Positions 8,884 to 17,759 of a stretch of 46,504 nt of DNA are shown one piece after another. The notes under the pieces were generated by a model that did not search any database, was not told where the DNA came from, and saw nothing but the letters and a program-made list of their open reading frames with translations. Made by a program: the position numbers and the translations under genes. The stretch covers positions 1 to 46,504 of the IMG/VR virus record IMGVR_UViG_3300023095_000003, one strand, 5' to 3'. Source of the DNA: a virus (taxonomy: Duplodnaviria > Caudoviricetes). How positions within the stretch are numbered: the first letter of the stretch is position 1; every line of letters begins with the position of its first letter.

Positions 8884-9086
8884 ATTAATCCCTTTTCGTT
8901 TGCTAGGCGCTCTGACATGGTAACGATGGCGATTGAGCGCGGCTCTTCTTCTATTTCTATTTCTATTTCTATTTGCGAGAGAGGTAGCCACACTGCTCCG
9001 TCACTTTCGCCATCCAAAGAGACAAGCACGGCTTTCTCTGTTTGATGATGAATAACGACTTCAATATCAACTAAATCTGATTTCAT
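8880..9086 (-). CDS. Conserved small phage protein (TEKAVLV...WLPLSQIE...LANEKGLI)
   Basis: Common phage motif; contains a (TTCTAT)4 repeat. Confidence 0.75.
   Translation of the reverse strand: MKSDLVDIEVVIHHQTEKAVLVSLDGESDGAVWLPLSQIEIEIEIEEEPRSIAIVTMSERLANEKGLI
8949..8972. repeat. Hexanucleotide microsatellite (TTCTAT)4, in frame, encoding IEIEIEIE
   Basis: Directly visible. Confidence 0.9.
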
Positions 9087-9547
9087 ACTCCGAACCTCTC
9101 TCTGCGCTTGGCAAGGGCAATATCAGCTACATAGCTTGCATGTTGTATGTCATAATAGTCATCTGTATTTGAGGCTACGCAACACGCAATAAACGCCTGA
9201 TCCCAGAAGCGTTGCTCATCTGGTGTCACGGATGGGGTGGTAGACTTTTCAGTTGCTTTGCCCCCACCCATTTTGAGCAATTCTTGACCTTCTCGCGCAT
9301 CTTTTTGAGCGGGAGTTTCGGCTTCGGGTTCTTTCCATGGGCCAATAATATCTAAACCAGTATTGCCGTCGCATGTACCATCAGGAAAATGAGCGGCTGG
9401 CTCGTATCTTGTCACGTGTTCATTCTCGAAAATATGAGTAAAAAAATTCATTCCCCGCCGATACCTATCTGATATTCCTGAATATTTCGCTTTCCCGCCA
9501 TTCCGCGTCTTATAAAACTCTCCGACCTTGAAATTACTTTGCATCAT
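9083..9547 (-). CDS. Hypothetical protein with TRNGGK-type N-terminal module
   Basis: FKVGEFYKTRNGGKA...DIIGPW. Confidence 0.7.
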   Translation of the reverse strand: MMQSNFKVGEFYKTRNGGKAKYSGISDRYRRGMNFFTHIFENEHVTRYEPAAHFPDGTCDGNTGLDIIGPWKEPEAETPAQKDAREGQELLKMGGGKATEKSTTPSVTPDEQRFWDQAFIACCVASNTDDYYDIQHASYVADIALAKRRERFGV

Positions 9548-9872
9548 TCAGCGCCTTTTCTGCTTGGATGATGGCGTTATTCGCTTTAATACCAAGTGAC
9601 GTGTATTTATGATTATTTAGCGCAGTGCCCGGGGCGTCTTTGCGGAGAGTTGCCGTTAATTCCTTTAAAGCTTCCAGCGCCTCCACGAGCGCGGCGTGGG
9701 AGTTGACGGCTTTGAGTATATAGGCTCCGTCAGATTCTTTGTTCTCTCCGTAGACATCAGCGATAGGTATAAGCATACCATAGGATTGATCGTCTTCTTG
9801 GCTGGTGTATCCAACTTCTAATTTTCTGTTTACCCGCCAAGGCAGAGGGCTGTGCTTAAGTTCTTCTGTCAT
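9534..9872 (-). CDS. Hypothetical phage protein (HSPLPW...AVNSHAALVEALE)
   Basis: Common phage motif. Confidence 0.7.
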   Translation of the reverse strand: MTEELKHSPLPWRVNRKLEVGYTSQEDDQSYGMLIPIADVYGENKESDGAYILKAVNSHAALVEALEALKELTATLRKDAPGTALNNHKYTSLGIKANNAIIQAEKALNDAK

Positions 9873-9879
9873 AATTCCC

Positions 9880-10065
9880 TCATTCAAAATCTGGTTTAAT
9901 CGTGCTCGGCCAGTGCGGGCCGTGTTTCTTATGGTCGTGGCAGGGCTTCAATGCCTCCCGTGCCAGCGCCTTTAATTCCGACACTGTGGCTGTTTCCTTG
10001 GCCTCAGCTATCTTTCTCAGGGCTTCCGAGCGGCGTTGATTGACAGATTTCAGGTTGTGGCACAT
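9880..10065 (-). CDS. Hypothetical protein
   Basis: ORF in operon; start uncertain. Confidence 0.55.
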   Translation of the reverse strand: MCHNLKSVNQRRSEALRKIAEAKETATVSELKALAREALKPCHDHKKHGPHWPSTIKPDFE

Positions 10066-10340
10066 GGGAATAATCCTTTTCCACTCAGCGCTATTCCCAA
10101 GCCGATCTGATCCTGGTTCAACCGCGCCATTCCTTTTCGGTGTTCGGCCAGCAACTCGGGCATCAAATCAGTTTCTATCGCCTCCAGCGCCTTACGGGCT
10201 TCGCTGGCGACATATTCTCGGCGCTCCTGGCGCTCGACACGCATTCGGAATAATTCCTGCTTGCGGGCTTCTCTGAGCATTCCGCGCATGATCGCGGCCA
10301 GGACGCGGCTCTCAATGAGCGGGTCAGGATTGTGGGGCAT
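10050..10340 (-). CDS. Hypothetical helical protein
   Basis: ORF in operon. Confidence 0.6.
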   Translation of the reverse strand: MPHNPDPLIESRVLAAIMRGMLREARKQELFRMRVERQERREYVASEARKALEAIETDLMPELLAEHRKGMARLNQDQIGLGIALSGKGLFPCATT

Positions 10341-10368
10341 TCCAACTTCCAATCTGATCGTTTAAAAA

Positions 10369-10599
10369 TCACCGTTCAACGACAAACCCGAACACGTTAA
10401 CCGGAGCACGGTTTTCGTCGTATCTGGATACGATAACCCGATCACCGCGCATGCAGGCCAGCAATGCGTAATCGCGGGACATGCTGATTGCCGCTGTGTC
10501 ATTTGCCATGTGCGACTTGATCCCCATCGAAAGGCGGCCGTCACGCACAACGTCGATTGCAAATTCCGAGTTTTCATATTTTGCGGGACGCTGTGTCAT
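10369..10599 (-). CDS. Hypothetical protein
   Basis: GAGG RBS, MTQRPAKY start. Confidence 0.6.
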   Translation of the reverse strand: MTQRPAKYENSEFAIDVVRDGRLSMGIKSHMANDTAAISMSRDYALLACMRGDRVIVSRYDENRAPVNVFGFVVER

Positions 10600-10603
10600 C
10601 GCC

Positions 10604-10687
10604 TCACCCCGCAACAAATGCCAGCGCCAGAACGCCAGAGACAAATAGACCAATGGCGATCAATTCGCCGAACATTCGGATAATCAT
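10604..10687 (-). CDS. 27-aa hydrophobic peptide, first gene of the leftward operon (not in the ORF track)
   Basis: MIIRMFGELIAIGLFVSGVLALAFVAG with GGAGA RBS. Confidence 0.55.
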   Translation of the reverse strand: MIIRMFGELIAIGLFVSGVLALAFVAG

Positions 10688-10732
10688 TTCAAATCTCCAA
10701 AATGAGAACATCCAAATCACTTTCCACTGTTT

Positions 10733-10800
10733 GTTGCGAAAACCGCATCAACGTGTATAAGCCTGTATACAGTTATATACCGTGTTGTGAGAATGTCAAC
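10733..10800 (-). promoter_or_regulatory. Leftward early promoter with two operator-like sites
   Basis: GTTGCGAAAACCGCATC (10733-10749) and GTTGTGAGAATGTCAAC (10784-10800); TTGACA at 10799-10794, TATAAC at 10777-10772. Confidence 0.65.
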
Positions 10801-10808
10801 AAAAATAT

Positions 10809-11103
10809 TCTTACAAACCTCTTTGTCGCAACTTTTTTCTCAAATAACCCTTATATAACAATACTTTATATATAAAATATATTAAAGACAGATAGGTTTG
10901 TAAGAGCATATAAACTTTTTTTAATTAGGGGTAAAAACAGTGTATATACCTGCGGTAAGTATATACATTAAAAATGACCCCTATTTAAAAAAGTGTTGGT
11001 GCTCTTACAAACCTATCTGCGCAGGGGTTTTTCGGCATATCGCGCCAGATAACCCATTAATCGTATTATCTAATTTCGATTGGCAAAGAGGTTTTTAAGA
11101 GCA
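10809..11103. repeat. AT-rich symmetric element with four alternating copies of TCTTACAAACCT; candidate replication origin or packaging site
   Basis: Perfect 20-bp inverted repeat 10889-10908/11000-11019; 16/17 inverted repeat 10809-10825/11084-11100; central TGTATATAC..GTATATACA; all centred near 10954. Confidence 0.8.
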
Positions 11104-11131
11104 TTTTCGACCTCCAATCAGATCAAACAAA

Positions 11132-11146
11132 GAACAACAGCAGAAC
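11132..11146. promoter_or_regulatory. Alphaproteobacterial LexA (SOS) box
   Basis: GAAC-aacagca-GAAC = GAAC-N7-GAAC, intergenic; minus-strand TTGACG at 11174-11169. Confidence 0.6.
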
Positions 11147-11233
11147 GAATTCTGTGAGTGTTTATACGCGTCAACAGCAATTCGGCGGAAGCAACCATCA
11201 CATGACACCATGATGAAAATGATAGGTGGAGTG

Positions 11234-11752
11234 ATGGCCCTAACACCCAAAAGACAAAGGTTCGTGGATGAATATCTCATTGATATGAATGGGACTAAAG
11301 CCGCAATTCGTGCTGGTTTCGCGGAAAGTGGCGCAAGAACCGAGGCGACAAGGCTGCTTGCAAATGCTGAGGTTCAAAAAGAAATCGCGCAACGCACTGA
11401 AAAACGCTTCGATAAGCTCGAAGTCACAGGCAATCGAGTGCTTGAAGCTATCTCGCAAATAGCATTCGGTGATATTCGTCAGATGTTTACTTCAGACGGG
11501 CAACTAAAACGGCCTGAAGAATGGGACGATGACACGGCGGCTGCTGTTGCTGGTCTTGAAATTGTCACGGTGAATAAAGGCGAAGGCGCTGTTGAACACG
11601 TTGCCAAGGTCAAACGCACTGACCGCCTGAAAGCTCTCGACATGCTGGCCCGTCATCACTCGCTGTATAACGACAAGCTCGAAGTCAATCTGACAAGCGA
11701 TCTTGCGACACGGCTGGAGCGGGCAAAGAAAAGGAAATCAGACGATGGCTAA
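11234..11752 (+). CDS. terS: Terminase small subunit
   Basis: LTPKRQRFVDEYLIDMNGTKAAIRAGF...KALDMLARH. Confidence 0.93.
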   Translation: MALTPKRQRFVDEYLIDMNGTKAAIRAGFAESGARTEATRLLANAEVQKEIAQRTEKRFDKLEVTGNRVLEAISQIAFGDIRQMFTSDGQLKRPEEWDDDTAAAVAGLEIVTVNKGEGAVEHVAKVKRTDRLKALDMLARHHSLYNDKLEVNLTSDLATRLERAKKRKSDDG

Positions 11753-11930
11753 CGATACCACTGACATTCAAATCGCTGTGGTGAAGCGCCCGCATCGCTG
11801 GATGGCAAAGCGCGGATCAAACGTCACCACATGCCAGACATGCGGCGTGAAGCGTAGCCAGGTCGCCACGATGGTTTGTTTTGAGGAAGAAATTGAAATC
11901 AATGCCTCCACACAACAAACGCAAAGCTGA
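11745..11930 (+). CDS. Small protein with HxW..CxxC motif between the terminase genes
   Basis: PHRW...CQTCG; AGGA RBS. Confidence 0.5.
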   Translation: MANDTTDIQIAVVKRPHRWMAKRGSNVTTCQTCGVKRSQVATMVCFEEEIEINASTQQTQS

Positions 11931-13383
11931 TCCCACAGACGAAATAATCGAGATGGCGGCTGACTGTCAGCACGATCCTGACAAATGGTCGCTCATGGCG
12001 TTTGATTGGGGGCACGGAGAATTATCAAATCACTCCGGCCCGCGCCAATGGCAACGCGACATCAACCGCACGATCCGCGATCACCTGGCTAATCCAGAGA
12101 CACGCCATCAACCTTTGCGCATCGCGGTTGCGTCCGGCCATGGCATCGGCAAATCTGCGCAGATGGGGATGATCTCGAATTGGGCCATGTCCTGCTGGTC
12201 AGATGCCAAAGTGCTGATTACGTCCAACACGGGCGATCAGCTTGCAACCAAGACATCACCAGAAATCGCGCTGTGGTTCCGGCGCGCGATCACGTCCACC
12301 TGGTTTAACACCGCCACCATGTCGATCAAGTCGCGCGATCCGGCGCATGAAAACACATGGCGATTGGATTTTGTCACATGGTCGGAGAACAACACAGAAG
12401 CCTTCGCAGGGCTACACAATGAAGGCCGCATCATCGTGCTGCTATTCGATGAGGCCAGCGGCATCGCGCAAAAAGTCTGGGAAGTGGCGCTCGGCGCGCT
12501 TACAGACGAAAACACTGTCATCATCTGGATTGCGTTCGGAAACCCTACGCAAAATTCAGGGATGTTCCGCGAATGCTTCCGAAAATTCCGACATCGTTGG
12601 CTCACGCGCCACATTGACAGCCGCGAGGTCGAAGGGACGAATAAGGCTTATCTGCAACAAATCGTGGACGATTATGGCGAAGACAGTGACGAAGCCCGTG
12701 TGCGTGTGCGTGGACAATTTCCGAGGCAATCAGCAATGCAGTTTATTTCAGAAGCCGATGTTGACGCGGCTCGTAATCGACACTTGCGGCCAGATCAATA
12801 TTCGTTTGCGCCTGTGATAATCGGCGTTGATCCGGCGTGGACTGGAGCTGACACGCTCGAAATCTATCTGCGGCAAGGATTGTGTTCCCGCCACCTGCTC
12901 ACGTTGCCGCGAAATGATAATGATGTTCAGGTGGCCAACATTCTTGCGCGCCTCGAAGAAGAGCACCAAGCCGACGCGGTGTTCATCGACGCGGGTTATG
13001 GCACAGGCATCAAATCAGCGGGCGATGTGATGGGCCGCGCGTGGCGATTGGTCTGGTTTGGCGGCAAGGCGATTGATCCAGGCTATTTGAACAAGCGCGC
13101 TGAAATGTGGGGGCAAATGAAACGCTGGCTCAAGGCGGGCGGTGTGATCGATCCGAAAGACACGATCCTTTACACCGATTTGACCACGCCGGAGACCAAG
13201 CCACACCTACAAGGCAAAGTGCAGCTTGAAAGCAAGGAGGATATGAAAAAGCGCGGGATGCCATCGCCGAACCGTGCTGATGCACTCGCGCTCACATTCT
13301 CTGAGCCAGTCGTTAAACGCATAGCTCCAATCGGCTCGCAAGATGCTGGATTTGCAGTCGTGGATTATGATCCGCTTGGCTAA
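11902..13383 (+). CDS. terL: Terminase large subunit
   Basis: SGHGIGKS Walker A, FDEAS Walker B, GNP, GVDPA nuclease, SPNRADALALTF. Confidence 0.95.
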   Translation: MPPHNKRKADPTDEIIEMAADCQHDPDKWSLMAFDWGHGELSNHSGPRQWQRDINRTIRDHLANPETRHQPLRIAVASGHGIGKSAQMGMISNWAMSCWSDAKVLITSNTGDQLATKTSPEIALWFRRAITSTWFNTATMSIKSRDPAHENTWRLDFVTWSENNTEAFAGLHNEGRIIVLLFDEASGIAQKVWEVALGALTDENTVIIWIAFGNPTQNSGMFRECFRKFRHRWLTRHIDSREVEGTNKAYLQQIVDDYGEDSDEARVRVRGQFPRQSAMQFISEADVDAARNRHLRPDQYSFAPVIIGVDPAWTGADTLEIYLRQGLCSRHLLTLPRNDNDVQVANILARLEEEHQADAVFIDAGYGTGIKSAGDVMGRAWRLVWFGGKAIDPGYLNKRAEMWGQMKRWLKAGGVIDPKDTILYTDLTTPETKPHLQGKVQLESKEDMKKRGMPSPNRADALALTFSEPVVKRIAPIGSQDAGFAVVDYDPLG

Positions 13384-13442
13384 TCGGTCGCGGCAACCAT
13401 CGGGCGGTATTCCTTTCATGAGATAAATTATCGAGGCTTGCT

Positions 13443-13652
13443 ATGTGCTTTTTCTCCACGCCTAAGATGGCACCTCCCGAAAAACCGCCAGAATACGCGC
13501 AAATGCGCCAGCCGGACGGTGCTGCCGTCCGTAGCTCGACAAGCCGCCGCACGATGGATCGGATGCGCGCTGGCGTTGATACGATCCTCACGTCTGGATC
13601 GGGTGTCAGCACGTTTGGCGAAACAAACAAGAAAATATTATTGGGGCAATGA
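13443..13652 (+). CDS. Small virion/tail-assembly protein, paralog 1 (pre-portal)
   Basis: MCFF start; ends TILTSGSGV..KKILLGQ. Confidence 0.8.
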   Translation: MCFFSTPKMAPPEKPPEYAQMRQPDGAAVRSSTSRRTMDRMRAGVDTILTSGSGVSTFGETNKKILLGQ

Positions 13653-13653
13653 C

Positions 13654-13899
13654 ATGTGTGCATTTGGTGGCGGCGCTCAACAGCAACGTGGCGGCATTCG
13701 GATCACCCCGCTTGGGGGCAGCCAGGAACAAGCTGCTGCGGCCTCGGCTCGATCTCCCAATGGCGGATCATTGCTTGATGGGGCAGGGCGACGGGCAAAA
13801 GATCGTCCAGCGGCCTATTCTTCGGGGACAGTGCTGACTTCTGGCATGGGCGTTGGATCATTTGCGCCGACTGAAAAGAAAACTCTCCTGGGGCAGTGA
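13654..13899 (+). CDS. Small virion/tail-assembly protein, paralog 2
   Basis: MCAF start; ends TVLTSGMGV..KKTLLGQ. Confidence 0.75.
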   Translation: MCAFGGGAQQQRGGIRITPLGGSQEQAAAASARSPNGGSLLDGAGRRAKDRPAAYSSGTVLTSGMGVGSFAPTEKKTLLGQ

Positions 13900-15593
13900 T
13901 GAAGCAAAACGCCGCACGCAATGAAACGCAAGTCGCCTATCACCGACGCCGTGCGGAAGAACTGAAGGCGATCCGTAGCCCTTGGGAGGGCGTGTGGCAG
14001 GGACTGGCTGAACATATTGAGCCATCACGCTTACGCCTGAACAATAGGGTGGAAGGCGCTCTGAACCGCTCCAAAATCATTGACAGCACGGCGACCTTTG
14101 CGCTGAGGACACTGCAATCTGGTATGCATTCCGGTATCACGTCACCCGCGCGTCCTTGGTTTCGGCTGGCTACATACGATCCTGATCTTAAGAATTACGC
14201 TCCGGTCAAGGAATGGCTGGCCGATGTCGAGCGTCGGATGCGTGAAGTGTTTCAGGCATCGAACGTTTACAACTCATTCCATACTGGTTACGGCGATCTG
14301 GGTCAATTCGGTCAGTCTTTGTCGATCCTCGTTGAGGATGATGATGCGACGATCAGGATGCAGCAACTTTTGCATGGCCGGTTCTGGCTCTCGCGTGATG
14401 AGCGTGGCCGCGTGAACACCTGCTATCGCACGTTCAAATGGTCTGTTGAGCGTATCGTGAGCCGCTTCGGATACAATCGCTGCCCGCATTTTGTGCGCAC
14501 GGCTTGGGATAACGCGAATTACGATCACCTGTTTGACGTGTGGCACGCCATTGAGCCGCGCATGGATCGTCGTTTGGATAGTAAGGCCAAGCAAGACAAG
14601 CCGTTCCTGTCGAATTATTGGATGGATGGCAAGGGATTGCACGGCGACGAATTGCTTGAGGAAAGCGGGTTTGAAGAAAATCCGCTCGTTGGGCCTGCGT
14701 GGGAATTGGCGGCTGAGGATCACTACGGCGTATCGCCTGGCATGATCGCGCTCGGTGACATCAAGATGCTGCAATCAGAACAGCGCCGCAAGCTGGAAGC
14801 CATTGACAAGATGGTCCGCCCTCCCATGAACGCGCCAACGTCCATGCGCAATTCGCCCGCATCGCTCGTGCCTGGTGCTGTCAATTTTGTTGACGATCCG
14901 ACTGGCAAGGGGTTCACACCCGCCATGCAGGTTACTCTGCGCGTGAGTGAGTTGTTTCAAGAGACGCGCGACGTGCAGGATCGGATCAACCGGACGTTTT
15001 ATGCTGATCTGTTCCTGATGCTCTCGCAAATGGAAGGTATTCAGCCGCGCAACACGATGGAGATTGCAGAGCGAAAAGAAGAAAAGCTCCTCGCGCTTGG
15101 GCCGGTGCTTGAAAACATCTATAACGGCCAGCTTGAACCTGTCATTGATCGCACGTTCCAGATCATGCTTCGGCGTGAAATGCTGCCGCCGCCGCCGCCT
15201 GATGTTGAAGGTCAGGAATTGAAGGTTGAATATATCTCGATGCTTGCGCAGGCACAGAAGGCTATTGCAACGGGCGGGATCGAACGTCTGTCGTCTTATG
15301 TGGGCAATCTGGCTGCGGTTAAGCCTGAAGTTCTCGACAAGTTCGACGCTGATGAGGCTGTGGATCAATACGCGGACATGCTCGGCGTTGATCCTTCCAT
15401 CGTCATATCTGATGAGGACGTTGCTAAAACGCGCGATGCCCGCAATCAGAAGCAAAACCAAGTTGAGAGCGCACAAATGGCGGCGCAAATGGCTCCTGCC
15501 GCAAAGCAAGGCGCTGAAGCCGCTGCACTGATGTCGCAATCAGCCAGCCAGCCAGGCGGGAATGAACTGCTTTCGCGTCTTGGGCTTGTCTGA
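13896..15593 (+). CDS. Portal (head-tail connector), BPP-1 Bbp21-like
   Basis: GITSPARPWFRL, YGVSPGM.ALGD, EIAERKEEKLL.LGPV, VEYISMLAQAQK. Confidence 0.95.
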   Translation: MMKQNAARNETQVAYHRRRAEELKAIRSPWEGVWQGLAEHIEPSRLRLNNRVEGALNRSKIIDSTATFALRTLQSGMHSGITSPARPWFRLATYDPDLKNYAPVKEWLADVERRMREVFQASNVYNSFHTGYGDLGQFGQSLSILVEDDDATIRMQQLLHGRFWLSRDERGRVNTCYRTFKWSVERIVSRFGYNRCPHFVRTAWDNANYDHLFDVWHAIEPRMDRRLDSKAKQDKPFLSNYWMDGKGLHGDELLEESGFEENPLVGPAWELAAEDHYGVSPGMIALGDIKMLQSEQRRKLEAIDKMVRPPMNAPTSMRNSPASLVPGAVNFVDDPTGKGFTPAMQVTLRVSELFQETRDVQDRINRTFYADLFLMLSQMEGIQPRNTMEIAERKEEKLLALGPVLENIYNGQLEPVIDRTFQIMLRREMLPPPPPDVEGQELKVEYISMLAQAQKAIATGGIERLSSYVGNLAAVKPEVLDKFDADEAVDQYADMLGVDPSIVISDEDVAKTRDARNQKQNQVESAQMAAQMAPAAKQGAEAAALMSQSASQPGGNELLSRLGLV

Positions 15594-15596
15594 CGT

Positions 15597-15613
15597 GGTG
15601 TGAATTTCACAAG
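15597..15613. promoter_or_regulatory. Operator-like palindrome between portal and the next gene
   Basis: GGTGTGAATTTCACAAG. Confidence 0.5.
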
Positions 15614-15624
15614 GTAATTTGAGA

Positions 15625-15951
15625 ATGAAACTATCTGAGATGCAAGAATTGCAACAAGACGATCTGAAGCGGGCGTTCCGCGATGTGATTGCCACGGCTG
15701 CGGGTAAGCGCGTGCTGTTTTGGGTCATGGAGCAGTGCGTCATTTATGGCGAGGCGTACACAGGTGACGACAACGCCACGAATTATAATCTCGGTCGGCA
15801 GGGTGTGGGCAAGCGCCTGATTGCTATGCTCGACGGGATCGATCCGAAAATTTACCCAACGCTGCTGCTGGAAGTGGCGCGGATGAACGAAGAGCAACAA
15901 GAGATTTTGAAACGCACTAGCGGACAAGAGGACAGCGAACATGAAGCGTAA
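15625..15951 (+). CDS. Bbp19-like small phage protein
   Basis: T.AGKRVL...TNYNLGRQGVG; sits after the portal. Confidence 0.8.
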   Translation: MKLSEMQELQQDDLKRAFRDVIATAAGKRVLFWVMEQCVIYGEAYTGDDNATNYNLGRQGVGKRLIAMLDGIDPKIYPTLLLEVARMNEEQQEILKRTSGQEDSEHEA

Positions 15952-16738
15952 TTTGGGATTTATCGAGATTTTGCGTGCTGCTGAGGATGGTAACGGTTCG
16001 GCTGAAGCGCCGTCGCCTGAAAGCGTGCTGTATCCTGATGAAGGTGGTGACAGCTCGAAAGGAAATCAGCTTTCAACGCAAGAGCCTGTAGAGAAAAAGG
16101 GTGATGACGGCGCGAATGGGAATCAGGCCGAAACAGCTGCTGGCGAATGGAAAGACTACACACCTGACCCCGCCAAATCAGAAGCTGAAAATGCTGCGGC
16201 CAAAGCAGAACACGACAAGACGAAGCCTGAAGACAAGCCAGCCGATCCACTCGACACTGTACCGGAAACGGGCGTTTATGAATTGAAAATGCCCGATGGC
16301 ATTGAGCTGAATAAGCCGTTGCTCGACAAGATTAGCCCGCGCCTGAAGGAAAAGGGATATACCCAACGCGAGGCGCAACAGCTTGCGGATGACTTCATCG
16401 ACATCCAAAAAGAGCAGGTCAAGCAGCAAGAAGAACAGTGGGGAAAAACGGTCTATGAGGACTGGCCTGCACAAGCTAAAGCCGACAAAGAAATCGGCGG
16501 CGGCAAGTGGGACACAACCGTTTCATCCGCAACGCGCGCGATCAATTCGCTCGGAACGCCTGAATTGAAAGAATATCTCACAATCAGTGGCGGCGGCAAC
16601 CATCCAGAGCTTATTCGTTTTATGGCGAAGGTCGGCTCCATGATCCGTGAGGATAGTCCGGCCATAGGCAATGCTGGCGGCGGGGCTAAGGATCGTTCCG
16701 AAGTTCTTTATCCAGACGATCAACCGAAAGGCAATTAA
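15941..16738 (+). CDS. Capsid scaffolding/assembly protein
   Basis: YELKMPDG, DKEIGG, GNHPELIRFM; acidic; precedes the major capsid gene. Confidence 0.85.
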   Translation: MKRNLGFIEILRAAEDGNGSAEAPSPESVLYPDEGGDSSKGNQLSTQEPVEKKGDDGANGNQAETAAGEWKDYTPDPAKSEAENAAAKAEHDKTKPEDKPADPLDTVPETGVYELKMPDGIELNKPLLDKISPRLKEKGYTQREAQQLADDFIDIQKEQVKQQEEQWGKTVYEDWPAQAKADKEIGGGKWDTTVSSATRAINSLGTPELKEYLTISGGGNHPELIRFMAKVGSMIREDSPAIGNAGGGAKDRSEVLYPDDQPKGN

Positions 16739-16740
16739 AC

Positions 16741-17745
16741 ATGGCCACCTTGGCATCATCCTATTTGAACCTCATTGACGTTCATAAGCAGCAAGACCCT
16801 CGGACGGGCGAAATCATTGAAGTGCTGAAGCAGCAAAATCCTATTCTGGATGACGCTGTTGCGATGGAATGCAACATGGGCGCGATCCACCGCCACGGCA
16901 TCCGTACTGGCCTCCCCACTCCTGCTTGGGGCCGTCTCTACCAGGGCATCCCGCAAAGCAAATCCACTATTCAGCAAGTCGACGACACGACTGGCTTTCT
17001 CGAAGCCCGTTCTGGCGTTGATGTTCGCTTGCTGAAGCTGTCAAACAATCCTGGCGCTCTGCGTTTGGGTGAGGCCATGTCTCATCTGGAAGCCATGAAC
17101 CAGGAAATGGCGACTGGCCTGTTCTACCATGACACGGCGACAACACCTGAAAAGTTCAAGGGCTTTTCTGCTCGCTACGGCGTGAAGGGCGGTTCCGGCG
17201 CAGGCAATCAGATCGTCGATGCTGGCGGTGCTGGTTCGGACAATACGTCCGTCTGGTTCATCACTTGGGGCGACCACGCCTCTCATCTGCTTTATCCGAA
17301 GGGTACGAAAGCTGGTGTTGATCGTCAAGACAAAGGTGAACAGCGTGTCGCTGACGCCAATGGTGATGCCTATTGGGTTAAGGAAGAGGTATTTGAGTGG
17401 CACATGGGCTTGGCCGTGAAAGATTGGCGCTACAATGCCCGCATCGCCAACCTCGATGTCTCTGATGTCCTGGCCGACACTGTGGATATTCTGAAGTTCA
17501 TGCGTCAGGCTTATTACCGTCTGCAATCGCGCCGCATGGATGGCAAAACAAGCCGCATGGCAATCTACATGAACCGCACGATCCTCGAAGCACTGGACGC
17601 GCGCACAACGCCGACCGGAACATCTACAGCAACCGCGCTGCAGTTGCGTCGTGAGGAACTTGAAGGGCGTGAAGTTCTGACCTATCGCGGCATTCCGATC
17701 CGCGAAACAGACGCACTGCTAAACACAGAAGCGCGTGTCGTTTGA
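16741..17745 (+). CDS. Major capsid protein (Bbp17/epsilon15 gp7-like)
   Basis: NPILDD, RTGLP..WGRLY, KDWRY..RIANLD, YRGIPIRETDALLNTE. Confidence 0.95.
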   Translation: MATLASSYLNLIDVHKQQDPRTGEIIEVLKQQNPILDDAVAMECNMGAIHRHGIRTGLPTPAWGRLYQGIPQSKSTIQQVDDTTGFLEARSGVDVRLLKLSNNPGALRLGEAMSHLEAMNQEMATGLFYHDTATTPEKFKGFSARYGVKGGSGAGNQIVDAGGAGSDNTSVWFITWGDHASHLLYPKGTKAGVDRQDKGEQRVADANGDAYWVKEEVFEWHMGLAVKDWRYNARIANLDVSDVLADTVDILKFMRQAYYRLQSRRMDGKTSRMAIYMNRTILEALDARTTPTGTSTATALQLRREELEGREVLTYRGIPIRETDALLNTEARVV

Positions 17746-17759
17746 CCATAGCGATGCTG

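Noticed and set aside
10889-11019. Protelomerase target (telRL) or CRISPR-like array
   Set aside because: No protelomerase gene, the palindrome is interrupted, and the repeats are inverted without regular spacers
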